NCBI RefSeq assembly: GCF_006345805.1
Contig: NW_021830292.1
Location: 1 to 5,042 of the forward strand
Direction of reading: 5' to 3'
Length of the DNA: 5,042 bases
From: Octopus sinensis
Lineage: Eukaryota
Below the pieces are notes generated by a model, which worked only from the letters and a program-made list of their open reading frames with translations, was not told the origin of the DNA and ran no database searches. This document shows positions 1 to 5,042 of the stretch, piece after piece. How positions within the stretch are numbered: position 1 is the stretch's first letter; every line of letters starts with the position of its first letter. The position numbers were made by a program, and so were the translations under genes.

Positions 1-1298
1 GAAAGTATACGAATCGGAAAAAGAAACGGAAAACAGTTGAAAAAATACATAAATGGAATATGAAAGAGATGTTTTAACAGTAGGGGTTGTACACTGAATG
101 ATGGTAAAATGACCGTCAGATAATTTCTGTATTTTATTTTAGAGAATTGTATACATAAGTTTTTATGCTCAAAATATATCTCGTATTACTAAGGTGGTTG
201 CTTTGGCAGAATCATTTTATCGTTGTCTCGGGAGGTTTATTATGCCAACAATAATAAATACAAGCACTGTTTCAATATCACTTCTTAAGTTTTAGCCAGT
301 CGGTTAGATATGTAGCCAAATAATTAATTGGTCATTTGTTTAATGATGACTTAGATAAGTTAGGTGTATTTTGGCCAAAGATTGGTCCAAGCCATGAATA
401 AGTTAACAACACCATTTGAATCTTTCACTTGGACAATCAATCACAAGAACTCACTTCAAGAATCTTGCAAACCAAATTAAAAAGCGAAAATTGTTAAGAA
501 TTGTATTTGACTGAGTAAATATAGATTATAATAAAGTAGTTAATTGCAGTTTGCCTCGACAAGTTTTATTTGGATATGTTTTTTGAGGTTGTTCTATATC
601 AAACAATGTGCGAATACAAACATTTGCTGCAAAATTTCCATCTGACACATGAGTTCCAATCTTGCCCCATTTCTTTCACTCACTGGGAGAATTCTACTTT
701 GTACACGGGTAAACTCATCATATCACGGAATCCGAAATTGTCTCTCGAACTATTTTCACATATGACCATACATTACTAAATTCTTTCTCCCTGTAACCTG
801 TGTCGTTTTGCTCGACACAATCCGCCTTCAATCTGAAGTTGCCCCTCTGTGAAACAGGTCCGATCTTCGGGGAGCAGGACGTAGGTACGAATTTCTATCT
901 TTGCTAATCAAATTTTCGCCATAGATGACAATATTCTCGTCTCCCCATGGCTTCACAAACTCATCCAAGTTTGCGAAATTTATTATGGAAAGCAAACCCC
1001 GATTCTAATTATGGTTAATAATGAAAGAAAACAAAAATTCTTCATTTCCTTTCCATCCATCTTCGCGACTAATTATTTTTTCATTGGCTCCTCGTAATTG
1101 AAAGCAACTTCTTTAAAACGAAATATTGCTAAAAATGTTTTTAAACTTTTCAAAATTATTTGTTCAAATGTTACTACACAATAAGTAAACAAAAATATTT
1201 TTAAAAAAAGTAAAATGAAAATAATATATACAAATATATAACTGTCGAGAAGAAATCATAATCACCATCATCATCAACAGTATAATTAATTATTAATA

Positions 1299-1303
<5 letters not shown>

Positions 1304-1358
<55 letters not shown>

Positions 1359-1495
1359 CACCATCATCATTATTATTATTATTATTATCACCATCACCAT
1401 CACCATCATCATCATCATCATCATTATCATCATTGTTATTATTATTATCACCATCACCATCACCATTATCATCATCATCATCATCATCATTATTA

Positions 1496-1544
<49 letters not shown>

Positions 1545-1618
1545 CATTATTAATATCATTGTTGTTGTTGTGGTTGTTATTATTATTATTATTATCAGTA
1601 TTATTATTATTATCATAA
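1304..1618. repeat. Compound trinucleotide microsatellite (ATT)n with ATC/ACC/GTT variant blocks
   Basis: Seen directly: pure ATT runs at about 1304-1357 and 1498-1542, with interleaved ATC/ACC blocks and GTT at about 1561-1578. It accounts for the poly-Ile/Met ORF 1293..1616 and the poly-Leu/Ser ORF 1433..1618. Confidence 0.97.
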
Positions 1619-1915
1619 TTACTATGTTTTGTTATTTTGATTGTGTTTTTGTTTATTTAGATATTGTAGTTCCTCTTGTTACAGATTCCGGTATTATTAT
1701 AGTTTGTTTCATTTTTTCATCGTTTGCTTTTTTCATTATTATGTTGTTTTTTTTAATGCTACTTATGTCAATAATGTTTGTTGTAATTCTCTTTGTTGTT
1801 AATCTTGTGTTTTTGTTTTTTATGATTTCTTTTTTGTTGAAAACATTGTACTCCTTGATGATATTTGGTGTTTTTTTAATTTGTCTTGTCTCTCTTAATC
1901 ATCGTTGTCACCGTT
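1619..1915. repeat. T/TG-rich low-complexity tract, probably a decayed (TTG/TTA)n microsatellite
   Basis: Seen directly: strong T skew with recurring TTGTT/TTTTG, contiguous with the ATT array. Its origin as a decayed microsatellite is an inference. Confidence 0.6.
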
Positions 1916-2051
1916 AATGAGAGTTGATTGCTTGTGTTTCTATCTCCACTTATTAGGACTTTGTACTCTCTGCCGTTATTCCATCACATGTCTAGAAGTT
2001 TCGTTCATTGTGTATGCGTGGAGAGCCGAGTGTAACTGAGGACGTCTGTGA

Positions 2052-2143
2052 ATATATACACAAACACACACACACATATATATACATATACATATATATA
2101 TACATATATACACATACATACATATAGATATATATACATATAC

Positions 2144-2178
<35 letters not shown>

Positions 2179-2328
2179 TAAATATATATATACACGCATA
2201 TATACCCGTATATATATTCGTATGAAGACAATGATACATGTAAAAATATGAATATTTATATGTGCGTGTATATATATATATATATGAATATATATCTATA
2301 TATATATCCATACATACATACATATATA

Positions 2329-2359
<31 letters not shown>

Positions 2360-2535
2360 GCGTGTATGTGTGTGCGTATATATATTACACACACATACAC
2401 ACACACGTGCACACACATACATACACATGCACACACACACACACATACACGTGATTCTGGCTATGTGTGTAGCTATGCGTGCCTGTAAATACGTGATTGT
2501 ATGTGTGTGTATGCATTTTCGTGTGTCTGTGTATG
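2052..2535. repeat. Compound dinucleotide microsatellite (TA)n/(CA)n/(TG)n
   Basis: Seen directly: alternating purine-pyrimidine blocks, with short interruptions near 2216-2258 and 2453-2500. It explains the six Tyr/Ile/His/Val/Cys-rich ORFs between 1976 and 2696. Confidence 0.96.
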
Positions 2536-2696
2536 TTTTTTTTTTCTTTATTTTCCATGCTATTTCGTTTCCTAATTATATTCTTGACATTTCCGACACA
2601 AATAACACTCAAGACGTTTTTGTCATTTCCATTTTGAAACTGACCCCAAAGGAATCGGCAAATATTAACTCGTCACTCGACCTTGTTTTTGTGTAG

Positions 2697-2945
2697 TTCT
2701 TTATTCATTAGCATCCTTGTTTTCTATTTCTCTATATTCCTAATTCTTCCTCTTCTCCTTCTCGTTTTCCTTTTCCTCTTCTTCCTGCTCCTCCACCTCT
2801 ATAACTACTATTACATTTTCTTTTTCTCCTTCACCGTTTCATGTTAATTTTGTTTCTCATCTTATTTTGTATTATCTTCTTTAATATTATCATTGTCGTT
2901 GCTGTTTCCTTTTTGTTGTTCTTGTTTGTGTGGCACTTGTTGTCG
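2697..2945. repeat. Pyrimidine-rich (TTC/TCC) tract grading into TTG-rich low-complexity sequence
   Basis: Seen directly, e.g. TTCTTCCTCTTCTCCTTCTCGTTTTCCTTTTCCTCTTCTTCCTGCTCCTCC at about 2744-2794, then TTGTTGTTCTTGTTTG near 2912-2928. Confidence 0.7.
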
Positions 2946-3403
2946 TCGAATCTTCTGGTGTGAAGTGGTCGCTTCCTTCTCCAAGTTACGGCATTATTCT
3001 TAGCGCTGCCAAATGAAATTTTCATTAGCGTACTTGCTAAACAGATTACAATTACCTGAGGAAAGTTTTTCCTTGATCTTCGGGGACTGACAGGTAAAAA
3101 GTTTGTTTTAACAGACTTCATATCATATATATATACATACACATCCTACAATATCATATTTCAAGATGGTGACCATAGACACAAACGGTACAAGAAAACC
3201 CATTTTAAAACAAAAGGGGCCGAAGAAGTAATATAAAAATAAACGAAATATGAAAATATGAACACTTGGTAAATAATTAAGAGAAAGAAATATTACAATG
3301 AGTCAAACAAATGTTTTTATAAATTGAGATAATAACAAAAATAGAAATATTCTTCCAACACCGTACGGCCCATATAATGACAGTATAAAAGCAAGTCTTG
3401 CCT

Positions 3404-3435
3404 CAAAAAGAGAACCCGCAAAAAGAGAACTAGCA
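3404..3435. repeat. Short 15-bp tandem duplication (CAAAAAGAGAACCCG / CAAAAAGAGAACTAG)
   Basis: Seen directly: the 12-mer CAAAAAGAGAAC occurs at 3404-3415 and 3419-3430. Confidence 0.85.
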
Positions 3436-4242
3436 GGCCTTGAGATTCATCACAACATTGCTTATTTGTGACCGTTTCCTAAATCCAGGCCGTGATTCTC
3501 TGCCGAATGGTTTAATTGGAATGGAGCGGAGAAAGAAATTGTATGAGTTGTTTAGGAAAGGGAGCAACAGATTAGATTTAATTTTGTGTCACCAAATTGA
3601 ATAAATGCTCCAGGAATTTTCGAGAGATATCTACTTAACCAAAAAGTGGGGTATATTATTGCAATATCTGCAAAGCCAGACTTTCAACCAAGACTGCAAA
3701 ATATCGCTAAAATAAAGGGCATGAAATAACAGGCAGGTGAAAACGTCTTGTTGCATTATTGGTTTTAATAAAAAGCAGCTGAGATCCACTTGCCCTTACA
3801 TACTATAAAGACTAGTTCACATAAGAACAGAAATGTCGCACCCGCTGGACAGCAGCGAGTCTCCATCGTTAGACAAAGTTCCGACAATGGCAGGAGAACA
3901 TTGTCAAGTTTGAGCGACAGATACTCTACACCAGTAATTTTAGCACAGCCCCATTTTCGTATGAGAGGAACAGAAAATAATTATGGAGAAAAGTTTCCAA
4001 ACTCTTGAGGAAATTGTTTATTTCCTTTGGGAAAAGAACTTCCTAAAATGATAACTCAATAAAAGTGATTGTAAAGGAGACAAAATAATAACTTCTTCAA
4101 ACGTTAATGATCTTAGTTCTCAAAAAAACAAAAAAAAAAACACTAATGAAAAATATGAAGACGGCGAAAAGAAAGAGATTCTCGTGTTTGGCTAATCAAA
4201 CCTACGGCTGAAGATAAACTCTCTTACCCATGATAAGAGGAC

Positions 4243-4420
4243 TATTCTTTTATTCTTTTATTCTTTTAGTTCTTTTAGTCGAACCGAGGACTTATACTTT
4301 GCAAGCCTAGTCCGTATTCTATCGGTCTCTTTAGCCGAACCGCTAAGTTACTGGGACGTAAACACACCTACATCGGTTGTTAAGTGATATTGTGGGTCAA
4401 ACACAGACGCATACATACAC
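4243..4420 (-). mobile_element. 3' half of an Octopus-type tRNA-derived SINE; 5' head absent, internally deleted
   Basis: Seen directly: the (TATTCTTT)x3 tandem tail at 4243-4266 reads (AAAGAATA)n on the minus strand. The body AGGACTTATACTTTGCAAGCCTAG..TATTCTATCGGTCTCTTTAGCCGAACCGCTAAGTTAC.GGGACGTAAACACACC..CATCGGTTGT runs into a CA/TA microsatellite. It matches my recollection of a highly abundant Octopus SINE; no database search was run. Confidence 0.8.
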
Positions 4421-4454
4421 ACACCCGCACACACATATATACATACTAATATAA

Positions 4455-4519
<65 letters not shown>

Positions 4520-4556
4520 GAAGGAGGGAGAAAGATATATATATATATATATATAA
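4409..4556. repeat. Compound microsatellite (CA)n-(TA)n-(GA)n-(TA)n
   Basis: Seen directly: TA run at about 4460-4488, GA/purine run at about 4489-4535, TA run at about 4536-4555. Confidence 0.96.
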
Positions 4557-4621
4557 AATAACATTTTAATAAATAAAACATGCATGCATACATACATATA
4601 TGTACATACCTACATCTCTCT

Positions 4622-4685
4622 ATATATATACGTGCATATATGGGTACAGAATACCACAAATAAACGTAGAACACAGCGAGAAACG
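4622..4685 (-). repeat. Left arm of a long inverted repeat (partner 4976-5039)
   Basis: A manual ungapped alignment to the reverse complement of 4976-5039 gives 56/64 identities, including the exact core ACAAATAAACGTAGAACA and the end CGAGAAACG. Confidence 0.93.
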
Positions 4686-4975
4686 TAGTCCTGTCTTTTA
4701 CTGATGTTATCTTTATCGGTAATTTTTTTTTTATTTGTATTGCTTTTACGTCCTGTTTTTGTTACGTTTTTTTACCCACCCGCAAAATTTTTTATTGAAT
4801 TCGCTTTGCGGGAAGGACTGTTTCTTGAAGTCGTGTTCTGCTCTTACCTTCGAAGCACGCGATGAGTCGAAACAGGGGCAGCTGAAGAAGGGGAATGTTC
4901 CTTGTGTTGTTTGTGTTGTACTCTGTTTTTCCGTTGTTAAAAAAAGTTCGTTTCCTTGTTTTGTTTTTATGTTTT

Positions 4976-5039
4976 CGTTTCTCGTTCTGTTCTACGTTTA
5001 TTTGTTGTGTCCTGTATCCATATATGTATGTATATATAT
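4976..5039 (+). repeat. Right arm of a long inverted repeat (partner 4622-4685), probably continuing past the window end
   Basis: Same alignment as the left arm; the match runs to within 3 nt of the window edge. Confidence 0.93.
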
Positions 5040-5042
5040 GTA

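Larger units (their letters stand above)
4579..5042 (+). mobile_element. Non-autonomous transposable element remnant with an inverted terminal copy (Penelope-like retroelement or foldback/MITE)
   Basis: Seen directly: long inverted arms around a 290-nt T-rich non-coding spacer that contains hammerhead-core-like words (CGAAAC, CTGAAGA) at about 4868-4888. Established knowledge: Penelope-like elements often carry inverted pseudo-LTR copies and minimal hammerhead motifs. The class assignment is an inference. Confidence 0.55.

Noticed and set aside
570-779. 69-aa + strand ORF
   Set aside because: It starts at TTG, is short and has no recognisable motif. The minus-strand frames I translated across 600-1020 are also interrupted by stops and show no RT or transposase motif.
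833-864. Hammerhead-like CTGAAGT...GAAAC-AG-GTC
   Set aside because: The core is CUGAAGU rather than CUGANGA, and stems I and II cannot form.
1086-1098. TCCTCGT resembling the HDV-like ribozyme L3 loop
   Set aside because: The flanking GGC and AAT cannot form P3, and no P1/P2 is evident.
1293-1917. Hydrophobic, membrane-protein-like ORFs (1293..1616, 1433..1618, 1570..1917)
   Set aside because: They are translations of ATT/ATC repeats and a T-rich tract; the hydrophobicity follows from base composition.
2002-2053. CTGAGGA plus GTTTCG as a hammerhead
   Set aside because: The two core halves are on opposite strands, and CTGAGGA is followed by GAAT with no stem II.
2404-2453. Two CACGTG E-box motifs
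   Set aside because: They arise readily where CA repeats meet TG, and nothing supports a regulatory role.
1976-2696. Six overlapping Tyr/Ile/Cys/Val/His-rich ORFs
   Set aside because: Dinucleotide repeats lack stop codons in most frames, and ORFs on both strands in several frames indicate an artefact.
3012-3040. Palindrome AATGAAA-T-TTTCATT and adjacent TTAGC/GCTAA hairpin
   Set aside because: Both are short and AT-rich, as expected by chance at this composition.
2831-3142. 103-aa minus-strand ORF
   Set aside because: It begins in a TA/TG microsatellite, ends in low-complexity K/N-rich sequence and has no recognisable domain.
3790-4008. 72-aa + strand ORF with internal hairpin GACAATG/CATTGTC (3883-3905)
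   Set aside because: It has a TTG start and no recognisable homology, and an isolated 7-bp stem is not significant.
4156-4240. ATGAAGA-CGGC-GAAA and CTGAAGA followed by a CTCTTA/TAAGAG hairpin as hammerhead cores
   Set aside because: The first lacks the CUGA and stems, and the second has no downstream GAAA or cleavage site.
4348-4674. Minus-strand ORFs of 108 and 66 aa
   Set aside because: They read through TA/GA/CA microsatellites and TE fragments.
1-5042. Prokaryotic-type systems (CRISPR array, operon, defence island)
   Set aside because: There is no repeat-spacer array and no gene-dense ORFs, and the composition and repeats indicate animal non-coding DNA.

Overview
AT-rich, microsatellite-dense, non-coding eukaryotic DNA (intron or intergenic). 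The taxon is most likely a coleoid cephalopod (Octopus-like), inferred from a SINE fragment at about 4243-4420 that I recognise from memory, not from a search. No protein-coding gene is supportable. Nine of the 12 listed ORFs are simple-repeat or low-complexity translations, two start at TTG with no recognisable domain, and the remaining one (2831..3142) runs into a low-complexity tract. The window holds compound tri- and dinucleotide microsatellites, a deleted 3' half of a SINE on the minus strand, and a right-end element with a 64-bp, 56/64-identical inverted repeat (4622-4685 / 4976-5039). That element looks like a Penelope-like retroelement with an inverted terminal copy, or a foldback/MITE. 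The least explained signal is a GC-rich island at 799-876 packed with hairpins, which shares the 12-mer GATCTTCGGGGA and a similar fold with a second site at 3052-3097. I found no convincing evidence of a new biological system; the findings are leads only.
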